A stretch of DNA of 40,473 nucleotides from a virus (lineage: Duplodnaviria; Caudoviricetes), in the IMG/VR virus record IMGVR_UViG_3300031553_000011, positions 1 through 40,473 of that record. One strand, written 5' to 3'. How positions within the stretch are numbered: position 1 is the first letter of the stretch; each line of letters starts with the position of its first letter. A program made the position numbers and the translations under genes. This document shows, piece by piece, positions 18,826 through 27,083 of this stretch. The notes beneath the pieces were generated by a model that was not told the origin of the DNA, searched no databases, and saw nothing but the letters and a program-made list of their open reading frames with translations.

Positions 18826-20280
18826 ATGGCTTGGTTATCAGGTTGGGATAGAAGAAGAATAAGATTTACAATAGATAGTGGTAAGGTTGATTCTACGTTA
18901 ACTCATTTTGCAGTGATGATAAAATTAACTTCTGCACACGGAGCAGTTTTCGATGAGTTGACTGCTGACGCAAATAGATTCAAAATTGCCTTTACTAAAG
19001 CAGATGGCACGACAGAATTATATGCAGAGATAATAAAGTGGAATGACGCTTCTGAAAGTGCAATAATCCATATTTCAAGAAGTGGTTGGGAGATATCGAG
19101 TTCAGTTGACACTTATGCCTATATGTATTTCGATGTAAACCACGCAGATAACACCACTTATATAGGGGATATAGGTAGCACACCAGGTGCAAGTGTCTGG
19201 GATAGTTATTATAAAGCAGTATTGCATATGGTAGACGCTACTACTTCAACGATAAAGGATAGCACAAGTAATAATAATGATGGAACTAAAAAGGGAGCTA
19301 ACGAGCCAATAGAGACTACTGGAATGATAGGACGAGCACAGGATTTTGAGCCAACCGATGATGAGATAAGTATACCCAATCTTACGTCTATTACCAGTTA
19401 TACGGTTGAAACCATTATATATCCACATCAAGTTGGCACAGGAAGTGGAGAACGACCATTCTTTTCATTTGAGAATTACCCTGCTGAGCCACGTGAAGCG
19501 TTAGTAATGAAATCTGCCGCCGCTCTCAATAATTTTGACGCTTGGGTAGACAACATCGGTGACGCTGACGCTTATACATTTACAATCAATACTTGGGCTT
19601 ATGTAGTCGCTATAAGAAATGGTGTTAGCGTTGACTTCTATAAAGATGGCGTAGATTTAAGTAAAACCTTAACAGTAGGCAGTGGCACAGTTGATATGGA
19701 AAATATCAGAATCGGTGGTCATTATTACAACGCCGATGAACAAGAATGGTTTGATGGAGTTGTAAATGAAACGAGAATCTCCAATACTAATAGAAGTGTC
19801 GCTTGGATAAAAGCGACCTATAGTTCCTTATGGAATACACTTATTTCTGCTAGTCAGTTAGAATTGGGCTATGAATTAGCAGAAGCATTTTCTAATACAG
19901 ATTCATTGGTAAAAAATGGAACTGAACAATTAGCAGAAGCATTTTCCGTAGTAGATAGTTGGGTAGTCAGAATTAATCTAGCAGAAGCATTTTCCGTAGT
20001 AGAAAGTTGGGTAGTCAGAATTAATCTAGCAGAAGCATTTTCGATAGCAGATTCATTAGTTAAGAGTGCTGTTAAACAGTTGACAGAAGCATTTTCGATA
20101 GCAGATAGTATAACAAAACTAAAGATATTTCTATCGGAATCTCTTTCAGTCACAGATTCATTTAAGAGATTCTTCTATAACCTGTATTCTAAGGTAAGTA
20201 AAGCTATATCCACGTATACGAAGATAAATAAAGATACATCGGATTATATTAAGAAAAGAAGAGACGAAGGAGAAGAATAA
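18826..20280 (+). CDS. receptor-binding protein, DUF2341-like + LamG/ConA-like domain + repeat stalk
   Basis: MAWLSGW..R..TID, FT.ADGTT.LY.EI, VWDS.Y.AV.HM, FDG.V.E.RIS...RS..WI; LAEAFS repeats. Confidence 0.75.
   Translation: MAWLSGWDRRRIRFTIDSGKVDSTLTHFAVMIKLTSAHGAVFDELTADANRFKIAFTKADGTTELYAEIIKWNDASESAIIHISRSGWEISSSVDTYAYMYFDVNHADNTTYIGDIGSTPGASVWDSYYKAVLHMVDATTSTIKDSTSNNNDGTKKGANEPIETTGMIGRAQDFEPTDDEISIPNLTSITSYTVETIIYPHQVGTGSGERPFFSFENYPAEPREALVMKSAAALNNFDAWVDNIGDADAYTFTINTWAYVVAIRNGVSVDFYKDGVDLSKTLTVGSGTVDMENIRIGGHYYNADEQEWFDGVVNETRISNTNRSVAWIKATYSSLWNTLISASQLELGYELAEAFSNTDSLVKNGTEQLAEAFSVVDSWVVRINLAEAFSVVESWVVRINLAEAFSIADSLVKSAVKQLTEAFSIADSITKLKIFLSESLSVTDSFKRFFYNLYSKVSKAISTYTKINKDTSDYIKKRRDEGEE
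19876..20160 (+). repeat. intragenic tandem repeats (six LAEAFS-type units of 16-18 aa)
   Basis: 48-nt units 19931..19978 and 19979..20026 differ at one base. Confidence 0.9.
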
Positions 20281-20520
20281 ATGACGGAAAAGAGAATTAC
20301 TAACTTAGTTTTAGCTCAGAAGATAGAGGGTCTCAAAGAACTCTTTATTTTACACAATAAAGGTCAGGACGAAAGAATTAAGGAAGTGGAAACCTGCTCA
20401 AAAGCGAATTCAGTAGCCATAGCAGGTATGAGAGGAATGGTAGTAGGGGTATCAGCTCTATTGACACTGGCTATAAATACAGTGATTGCTTTCTTTACTT
20501 TCAGGAGTGGTGGAGCTTAA
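20281..20520 (+). CDS. holin-like / hemolysin XhlA-like membrane protein
   Basis: coiled coil plus C-terminal TM helix, upstream of endolysin. Confidence 0.55.
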   Translation: MTEKRITNLVLAQKIEGLKELFILHNKGQDERIKEVETCSKANSVAIAGMRGMVVGVSALLTLAINTVIAFFTFRSGGA

Positions 20521-20726
20521 TGAACGACTGGATTATTAAGAATAGAATAATGAGAAGACTTATAGTATATCTTTTTATAGGTTTATTCTTTTATATTACT
20601 GTAAGTCTTTTCAAGGGAGATATATCAAAAAACCAATTCTTAGCCTGGTCTGTTTTTGCAGGTTTGATGAGAGAGATTTTAAAATTCTACCTTAAAGGAA
20701 CAAAGGGAGAGGCGGATAACGATTAA
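20520..20726 (+). CDS. putative holin
   Basis: 68 aa, two TM helices, coupled to endolysin by TAATG. Confidence 0.6.
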   Translation: MNDWIIKNRIMRRLIVYLFIGLFFYITVSLFKGDISKNQFLAWSVFAGLMREILKFYLKGTKGEADND

Positions 20727-21259
20727 TGAGAAAATTATGGATTATAATATTGATTATTCTTAGTGTATACTTTTTAGTGAACATTGGAGACACAATGAAC
20801 ATTAAACAGAGAGAATTCGCTAAGTATGTTTTACAGATGGCTTATGAGGCTAAAGAGTCTACTGGACTCCCTGCTTCCATTGTAGCCGCTCAGTGTATAC
20901 TCGAAAGTGGTTGGGGAGAATATGCAATCGGTAATAATTATTTCGGAATAAAAAGTGATGGTAGTCAACCATTCAGATTATCACTTACCTATGAATATGA
21001 TAATAAGACAGAATCATATTATCAGATAACAGCAAGATTCAGGGTCTACGATAGTCTACGAGAATCTATAATGGATTATGGAAGATTCATTTATGAAAAT
21101 CCCAGATACAGATTTGCAATAGCGAATAGACTTAATCCAGTAAGGTATATTGAGGAGATTCAATATGCAGGGTATGCTACCTGTCCTACGTACTCTACTA
21201 AGATACTCAGGATTGCGGAAGCCTGTAGTTTCCTTACTGTTTCGAAGTGGAAAAAATAA
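20726..21259 (+). CDS. endolysin, GH73 glucosaminidase (FlgJ-like) with N-terminal membrane anchor
   Basis: AQCILESGWG, NNYFGIK, FRVYDS..ESI.DY, AGYAT.P.Y. Confidence 0.9.
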   Translation: MRKLWIIILIILSVYFLVNIGDTMNIKQREFAKYVLQMAYEAKESTGLPASIVAAQCILESGWGEYAIGNNYFGIKSDGSQPFRLSLTYEYDNKTESYYQITARFRVYDSLRESIMDYGRFIYENPRYRFAIANRLNPVRYIEEIQYAGYATCPTYSTKILRIAEACSFLTVSKWKK

Positions 21260-21261
21260 AT

Positions 21262-21290
21262 TTGACTTTTGAAGATTAGTATGCTATAAT
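21262..21290 (+). promoter_or_regulatory. sigma70/sigmaA promoter
   Basis: TTGACT-17-TATAAT with extended -10 TG and A-rich upstream tract. Confidence 0.85.
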
Positions 21291-21397
21291 TAGTAAGAAT
21301 TTTTTGTTTAAAATATGAAAGGGGGATTAAATTTGGCACGGTTAAATAGTACTTATCACATTAAACTAAGGGAAAAAGACGAAAGGGGAGTATTAAT

Positions 21398-22645
21398 ATG
21401 CTCAATATAATTTGTCCAAAATGTAAGGCAAAAAAATGGGTGTATTCTGGTTATAAAAAAAGACCAGGAGAGCCCAAAAGTCAGAGATTTTTATGTAAAG
21501 GGTGTAACAGGGAGTTTACAGACACAGATATACTGTCTCAATTTGGAGATAACGTAGATATTGAAATGCTAAGAGAAAACATTAGATTGAGTAAAGAGAA
21601 ACAGCATTTCAGCGATAGGAACAGGATAGAGAGAAAGGCTTATAGAGAATACGCCAGGATTGACAATGCAGTATCGGAGTACAATAGAAAATTATTATTA
21701 GTCTTATCAAGGCAGAATTTAGCTAAGTTTACTATGACACATAGGACTTACAACGGCTCAGCCGCAGGGATTCTTCACCTAACAGACACTCATTTCAACG
21801 AGTTAGTTGAACTTAATAATAATAAATATGACTTTGAAGTTGCGGCCAAGAGATTGCAATTATTTGTAGCTCAGGCAAGAGACTATTTCTTATTGAAGGG
21901 TGTTAAAAATATGCTCCTTGCTATGACTGGAGACCTACTCAATAGTGATAGAAGATTAGACGAACTTTTGAGTCAATCTACAAATAGAAGTAAAGCTACA
22001 TTTTTAGCTACCCGTTTAATAGAGTTAATGATTTTAGACCTCAATAAAGATTTCAATGTTTCTGTAGCAAATGTTACTGGTAACGAGAGCAGAATGAGTA
22101 AAGATATAGCTTGGACAGATATGATGGCTACAGATAATTATGATTTTACCATCTTCAATATTTTACAGTTTATATTTAGAGACGCTCCTGGAATAAGTTT
22201 TGTTGCTAACGGAGACCCTATGGAACAGGTAGTTCAAGTAGGGGGAAAGAACATTCTCTTAATGCACGGACACCAGAGAAAACTTAGAGCTAACGTAGAG
22301 AGCGGAGTAGCTGTTATAAAGGGTAAATATGCTTCGAGAGGTATTAAGATTGACTTTGTAATTTTTGGACACCTTCATTCAGCCAGAATTGGTGATATGT
22401 ATGCACGGGGTGGCTCTCTAATAGGAGCTAACGAATATAGTGATAGAGCTTTACAGTTACAGACAAAAGCCAGTCAGAATATTCATATAATCTATGAGAA
22501 TGGTGGAATGGACAGTATTAAAATTGATTTACAAAACATAGAAGATGTAGAAGGTTATAGCATCAAAAGAGGATTAGAGGCTTATAACGCTAAATCTTCT
22601 GTAAAAGCGTTAGATAAAAAGGCGATATTTAGAGTAATAATATAA
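21398..22645 (+). CDS. Zn-ribbon + calcineurin-like metallophosphoesterase
   Basis: CPKC...CKGC N-terminus; DTH, GDLLN, GNE, HGH, GHLH motifs. Confidence 0.8.
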   Translation: MLNIICPKCKAKKWVYSGYKKRPGEPKSQRFLCKGCNREFTDTDILSQFGDNVDIEMLRENIRLSKEKQHFSDRNRIERKAYREYARIDNAVSEYNRKLLLVLSRQNLAKFTMTHRTYNGSAAGILHLTDTHFNELVELNNNKYDFEVAAKRLQLFVAQARDYFLLKGVKNMLLAMTGDLLNSDRRLDELLSQSTNRSKATFLATRLIELMILDLNKDFNVSVANVTGNESRMSKDIAWTDMMATDNYDFTIFNILQFIFRDAPGISFVANGDPMEQVVQVGGKNILLMHGHQRKLRANVESGVAVIKGKYASRGIKIDFVIFGHLHSARIGDMYARGGSLIGANEYSDRALQLQTKASQNIHIIYENGGMDSIKIDLQNIEDVEGYSIKRGLEAYNAKSSVKALDKKAIFRVII

Positions 22646-22654
22646 AGGGGGTAA

Positions 22655-22858
22655 ATGAATATGGCTATATTCCAGTTCTATTGCAATATGTGTGGACAGG
22701 AACTCGAATCGAGAGGAACTTACAAGGAGACAGAAAATACAGAATGTCCTCTTTGTAAAGCTAAAATGGTAAGACTCTTCAAACCTGGAGATACGTCATT
22801 CCAGATAAGATGGGGTAAACCAAAAGTAAGGGCAAGAGCCAAAAGAATGGGGGGATAA
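22655..22858 (+). CDS. FmdB-like zinc ribbon protein
   Basis: MAIFQFYCNMCG.E.E...CPLC...M.RL. Confidence 0.75.
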   Translation: MNMAIFQFYCNMCGQELESRGTYKETENTECPLCKAKMVRLFKPGDTSFQIRWGKPKVRARAKRMGG

Positions 22859-22860
22859 TT

Positions 22861-23271
22861 TTGGGTAAATTACCCATAGAAATATTCTACAATGAAAAGT
22901 TTGGAATGAAAAAGAAATTCATAATTAACGACAGTGGCAAAAGAAAGACTTATAAAAGCGGAGCAGTGAGAGACGTAACGGAAGGAAAAATTCGTTGGGA
23001 TTTGTTACCGCCAGAGGCTTTAAAGAGGGTAGCTCAGCATTATACAACGGGAGCTAAAAAATATGAGGAGAATAATTGGAAAAAAGGAATTCCAACCGAG
23101 AGATTTGTTGAAGGAGTCTGTCGACATTGGAATCAATACAGACTGTCCCTAACAGAGATTGGTAAAGACGACCCAGAATACACAGAGGAAGACCATTTAT
23201 CAGCAGTTGTGTTTAATTTATTAGGGATAATTTATAATGAAGAGACCCAAAAAAGCGAAAATCCAATTTAA
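22861..23271 (+). CDS. dATP/dGTP diphosphohydrolase-domain protein (DUF5664-like)
   Basis: SGAVRD..EGK.RWDLLP..AL..VA.HY..GAKKY...NWKKG...RH...EDHL. Confidence 0.85.
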   Translation: MGKLPIEIFYNEKFGMKKKFIINDSGKRKTYKSGAVRDVTEGKIRWDLLPPEALKRVAQHYTTGAKKYEENNWKKGIPTERFVEGVCRHWNQYRLSLTEIGKDDPEYTEEDHLSAVVFNLLGIIYNEETQKSENPI

Positions 23272-23319
23272 GGGGTCTATTTTGACGCTCAGGAGCTTTT
23301 ACCAGAACTGGGCTATAGA

Positions 23320-23868
23320 TTGTATAGGAAAGGAGAGAATTTAATGAGGAGAGGCACTCAGTTTGCGATTATGGCTATGATAGGAGTAGTTTTGTTAGCG
23401 TTTTTATCAGGGTCGACATTCGCAAATGAATTGGAAACGAGAATAGTGGACTTAAACAGTGGAAGTTTTCAAGAGCATATAATGGATTCGGAAAAGTTAG
23501 TGGTAATAGATTTTTGGGCTGAATGGTGTAAGCCTTGTGGAAAATTAAGAGAAACGATTTACAGGTTAATTAAATTTAACGATAAATACAATAAAAATGA
23601 CATTAGTTGGTTAGCGGTTAATATAGATGAGGTCGGCAGGAAGTTTTTAACTAAGTTCCGACCTTTTAGAGGGCTTCCTGTTTTACTATTCTTTGTAAAC
23701 GGGAAAGAGGTTGACAGAATAATTGGACTGTCTCCATTTACTACCATACAATGTAAAATAGCTAAGATAATTAGAAATAGAGGAGCGGAGAAAAGAAGAG
23801 CGGAGAAAGAAAAAAGTAAAAACGGAGAGTGCTCTGGTGGATTATGTATGCCGCCAGATGGATATTAA
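23320..23868 (+). CDS. exported thioredoxin (probable ATG start 23344)
   Basis: VIDFWAEWCKPC, cis-Pro GLP..LFF.NG; signal peptide ending STFA; SD aaggag before 23344. Confidence 0.85.
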   Translation: MYRKGENLMRRGTQFAIMAMIGVVLLAFLSGSTFANELETRIVDLNSGSFQEHIMDSEKLVVIDFWAEWCKPCGKLRETIYRLIKFNDKYNKNDISWLAVNIDEVGRKFLTKFRPFRGLPVLLFFVNGKEVDRIIGLSPFTTIQCKIAKIIRNRGAEKRRAEKEKSKNGECSGGLCMPPDGY

Positions 23869-23898
23869 TAATTAATGAAAGGTGGTGAAAAATAAATA

Positions 23899-24075
23899 AT
23901 GGCGTTAGATTATAATGGTTTAATCGAAAAGGCTCACGGTGTCGCAAAACCGTACATAATTCAAGGACTTAAAAAAGGTATAGCTAAAGTTGACGAGACT
24001 GTAAAAGCAACTGGAACTATAGCCGATAATCTCTTATGGGCAGATGTGAAAGAAAGCTTTCAGGTTTCCAAATAG
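23899..24075 (+). CDS. small amphipathic protein (58 aa, not in ORF track)
   Basis: MALDYNGLIEKAHG...; SD aaggtggtga. Confidence 0.7.
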   Translation: MALDYNGLIEKAHGVAKPYIIQGLKKGIAKVDETVKATGTIADNLLWADVKESFQVSK

Positions 24076-24100
24076 AGAATATAAAGTAAGTGTAAAAGCA

Positions 24101-24370
24101 GTGGCAGGACTCATATCCTATCTTGCTTTTGAGGTATTTAAAAAAGAGATACTCAAAGCAGTGATGACAGAGTTCCTGCGTAGGGGATTAGACAAGTTAT
24201 ATGCAGAAGAAATTAAAGCCTGGAAGGTCTACTTAGACCAGAAGAAATTCGCAGTAAAATTAGATAAACAGATGAAAGCAGAGATTGAAAGATTCACAAA
24301 GGATATACAAAAATACAGCGTACCTGAACTGAAAGAAATAGTAATAGAAGGACTTAATTGTCCAAAATAA
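24101..24370 (+). CDS. hypothetical protein
   Basis: 89-aa ORF ending at terminator; start uncertain, no clear SD. Confidence 0.55.
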   Translation: MAGLISYLAFEVFKKEILKAVMTEFLRRGLDKLYAEEIKAWKVYLDQKKFAVKLDKQMKAEIERFTKDIQKYSVPELKEIVIEGLNCPK

Positions 24371-24377
24371 TATCCCT

Positions 24378-24427
24378 AAAGAAAGCTCATTGGGTTGCCC
24401 TCGACCCTCTGAGCTTTCTTTGTTTTT
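24378..24427 (+). terminator. intrinsic terminator
   Basis: aaagaaagctca / tgagctttcttt stem followed by gttttt. Confidence 0.8.
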
Positions 24428-24447
24428 AAAGGTAAATGAAAATAAAT

Positions 24448-24476
24448 TTGACATTTGAGAAGAAGTGTGCTAAAAT
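24448..24476 (+). promoter_or_regulatory. sigma70/sigmaA promoter of recombination/replication operon
   Basis: TTGACA-17-TAAAAT with extended -10 TG. Confidence 0.85.
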
Positions 24477-24505
24477 AGTACATCTTTTGATAAAGGGGGA
24501 AATAT

Positions 24506-24604
24506 ATGGGTTTTTGGATTTTCATATTACGTAGTGCTCTGATTAGTGCTTTAGAGTACGAAGTAGAAGAATTAACAAAAAGGGTCGATGAATTCGAATG
24601 GTAG
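24506..24604 (+). CDS. micro-protein (32 aa)
   Basis: MGFWIFILRSALISALEYEVEEL...; SD aaggggg; first ORF after promoter. Confidence 0.5.
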   Translation: MGFWIFILRSALISALEYEVEELTKRVDEFEW

Positions 24605-24684
24605 TAGATATAATAATCTGGGCAATTTGTATTACTTTGTGTGTTTTAGCGGTTAGAAAAGCTTATTTTACAAAGGAGAAATAG
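24598..24684 (+). CDS. membrane micro-protein (28 aa)
   Basis: MVVDIIIWAICITLCVLAVRKAYFTKEK, single TM helix. Confidence 0.45.
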   Translation: MVVDIIIWAICITLCVLAVRKAYFTKEK

Positions 24685-24818
24685 ATTCAAAGGGGGATTT
24701 ACGAATGGGATTAAGTGCATTATGTTATAGTGATGGCTGAAACAATAGTAGATTTAATGGAATGTTTGAAAGTTAAAAAAGAGCAGGAAGAAGCTCTTAA
24801 AAAGAGGGGTGAAGAAAA

Positions 24819-26063
24819 ATTAAGATAATAGAATTAAGAAGTACAAATGTAAAGAAACTTAAAGCTGTAGAAATTAGACCTAAGGGTAATGTAGTATATA
24901 TTACTGGCAACAATGGTCAGGGGAAGACTTCGGTATTAGATTCGATATGGTACGCTTTAGAAGGTAAGGCTTCTCTAAAGGGAACGCCCAGACCAATCAG
25001 AGACGGAGCGGAAAAAGCAGAAGTAACAATAATCTTGGACGATTTTGTTGTTACCAGGAAATGGACTAGTAATGAAACCAGTTACTTAAAGGTTACTAAT
25101 AGAGAAGGGTTACAATTTAGCTCTCCACAAGAACTGTTAAATAATTTTATAGGGAAGCTATCATTTGACCCATCTAAATTTGCTTTGATGAATGACAAAG
25201 AGCAGAAGGATTTGCTCATAGAGGTTGTGAACGTAGATATAGAGAAATATGATACTATGTTAGTTCAATTAAGAGAGGACAGAAGATTAGCAGGGCAGAC
25301 AGTGAAACTTTACGAAGGACAGAGGGAACAAGGAGACTTTTCAGGGATTCCGAATAAGGAGATAGACACTAAGGCACTTTATGCAGATTTAGAAGGAAGG
25401 GTCGAACATAATAATAACAGAACAAGTGAAGAAGAAAGCTCAAGATATCTACAAGACCAGATTGCAAATGATGAGAGAACGGTTAAAGAATTAGAGGAAG
25501 ACTTAGCACAATATAAGACTCGGATAAAAAGCAACAAACTCACTTTAAATAAAAAATCTGCGTGGTTAAAGAAGACAGCAGTGATGGACGTTGATGAACT
25601 GAGAGAAAAGATTAACAAGGCTACAGAAGTTAACAAGTGTGTCAGGGCTAAATTGAGAAATGTAGAGACAGATGAGAAATGGAGAAAAGCTAAGAAGATT
25701 TATGACAATTACACGAATAGAATAGACCAGGTACTATTTGATAAGGCGAAAGAATTAAAAGAAGCTAAAATGCCGATTAAAGGGCTCTCAGTGTCCGATA
25801 CTGGCGTTGAATATTTTGACATACCATTTAGACAGTTGTCTTCTTCAGAGCAGATTAGAGTATCTTTAAGTATCGCTATGGCTCTTAATCCAGACCTGAA
25901 GGTAATCCGAATCACAAACGGCTCATTATTAGACGAAGCAAGTAAAGCGGTTGTGGAAGAAATGGCTGATAAATTCGACTTCCAGATATGGATAGAAGTA
26001 ATAGACGGTACTGGAGAAATTGGATTCTATATTTCGGAAGGTGAAGTAGCAAATGAAAGTTAA
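24819..26063 (+). CDS. SbcC/RecF-like AAA ATPase with coiled coil; ATT start (track ORF 25035 is N-truncated)
   Basis: in-frame upstream KIIEL...ITGNNGQGKTSVLD (Walker A); C-terminal LSSSEQ signature; SD gaggggtga. Confidence 0.85.
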   Translation: MKIIELRSTNVKKLKAVEIRPKGNVVYITGNNGQGKTSVLDSIWYALEGKASLKGTPRPIRDGAEKAEVTIILDDFVVTRKWTSNETSYLKVTNREGLQFSSPQELLNNFIGKLSFDPSKFALMNDKEQKDLLIEVVNVDIEKYDTMLVQLREDRRLAGQTVKLYEGQREQGDFSGIPNKEIDTKALYADLEGRVEHNNNRTSEEESSRYLQDQIANDERTVKELEEDLAQYKTRIKSNKLTLNKKSAWLKKTAVMDVDELREKINKATEVNKCVRAKLRNVETDEKWRKAKKIYDNYTNRIDQVLFDKAKELKEAKMPIKGLSVSDTGVEYFDIPFRQLSSSEQIRVSLSIAMALNPDLKVIRITNGSLLDEASKAVVEEMADKFDFQIWIEVIDGTGEIGFYISEGEVANES

Positions 26064-26127
26064 AGTAAGACCTGATGTTGGTAGGAAATTTAGAAAAAAT
26101 TTTAGGAGAAGGAGAAGAAAAAAGTGA
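26053..26127 (+). CDS. Arg/Lys-rich micro-protein (24 aa)
   Basis: MKVKVRPDVGRKFRKNFRRRRRKK; SD gaaggtga; overlaps both neighbours. Confidence 0.45.
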   Translation: MKVKVRPDVGRKFRKNFRRRRRKK

Positions 26128-27083
26128 TAGAACTTAATTGTAGAAAATTAGTCAATATTAAAGGAATGCCGAAACTTGAATGGCTTAAATGGAGACAGAA
26201 GGGAATCGGTGGCTCAGATGTAGCGACCGTATTTGGGATTAATCCTTGGTCGTCTACGGTATCTCTTTACTTTGATAAGACAGAAACGATTAAACCAGAT
26301 AGGATAGAAGAGGAAAATATTCCCGCTGAGTTAGGAAACTTCTTAGAGCCTTTTATAGAGAAAAAATTCGTTCAATGGTGTAAAAAGGCTAAGGGTTGGG
26401 ATATAGAAACTATTCCCTATCCCTTCATACTTCAGCACAAGAGTAATGATATAGCCCTAGCTAACCTGGACGGTCTTTTTAGGAATCCAGAGAATGGCCA
26501 GTTAGAAATAATAGAATACAAATCTACCTCAGAGAGAAATTACCAATTATGGATTGACGAAAATCTACCTGAGTATTATTATCTCCAGGTACAGTGGTAT
26601 CTCTATATAACTGGACTTCAAAAATGTTATATGGCTTTCTTAATAGGAAAAAGCATATTTAATGTAACAGAAATAGACAGAAATGATGAGGTTATAGACC
26701 AGTTAGTAGACGGTTGCAATTGGTGGTGGGAAGAATATATTATGAAACAAGTTTGTCCCGCTCCTGATGGTAGTTTTTCCACTGAGAAAGCTCTTCAGAA
26801 GATGTTTCCTCAACCGAAAGAGGGTAGCATAATCGAGCTACCAGGGTTTAGCGGACATATAGAAGAAATTGCCCGACTTGCTAAGAATATGAAAGCAGAT
26901 AAGGAGACCTCGGATAGGTTAAAGCAAGAAATCAAATTGAAAATGGGTGACAATGAGGTTGCGGTGAGCCCTGGAGACGGAAAAAAATTCACCTGGAAGG
27001 TACAATATAGAAAGGGTTACACTACACAGGATAGTAAATCAAGAGTATTTAGAATATCAAAATATGAAGGAGAAAATAAATAA
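26124..27083 (+). CDS. YqaJ-family viral recombination exonuclease
   Basis: WL.WRQKGIGGSD, ANLDG, IEYKS, YYLQVQWY. Confidence 0.92.
   Translation: MIELNCRKLVNIKGMPKLEWLKWRQKGIGGSDVATVFGINPWSSTVSLYFDKTETIKPDRIEEENIPAELGNFLEPFIEKKFVQWCKKAKGWDIETIPYPFILQHKSNDIALANLDGLFRNPENGQLEIIEYKSTSERNYQLWIDENLPEYYYLQVQWYLYITGLQKCYMAFLIGKSIFNVTEIDRNDEVIDQLVDGCNWWWEEYIMKQVCPAPDGSFSTEKALQKMFPQPKEGSIIELPGFSGHIEEIARLAKNMKADKETSDRLKQEIKLKMGDNEVAVSPGDGKKFTWKVQYRKGYTTQDSKSRVFRISKYEGENK

Noticed and set aside
19876-20160. Repeats as CRISPR array or DGR template/variable pair
   Set aside because: In-frame coding repeats without unique spacers; no cas or reverse transcriptase gene.
21398-21520. IS1 InsA-like Zn finger suggesting an insertion sequence
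   Set aside because: Fused to a phosphoesterase; no DDE domain or terminal inverted repeats seen.
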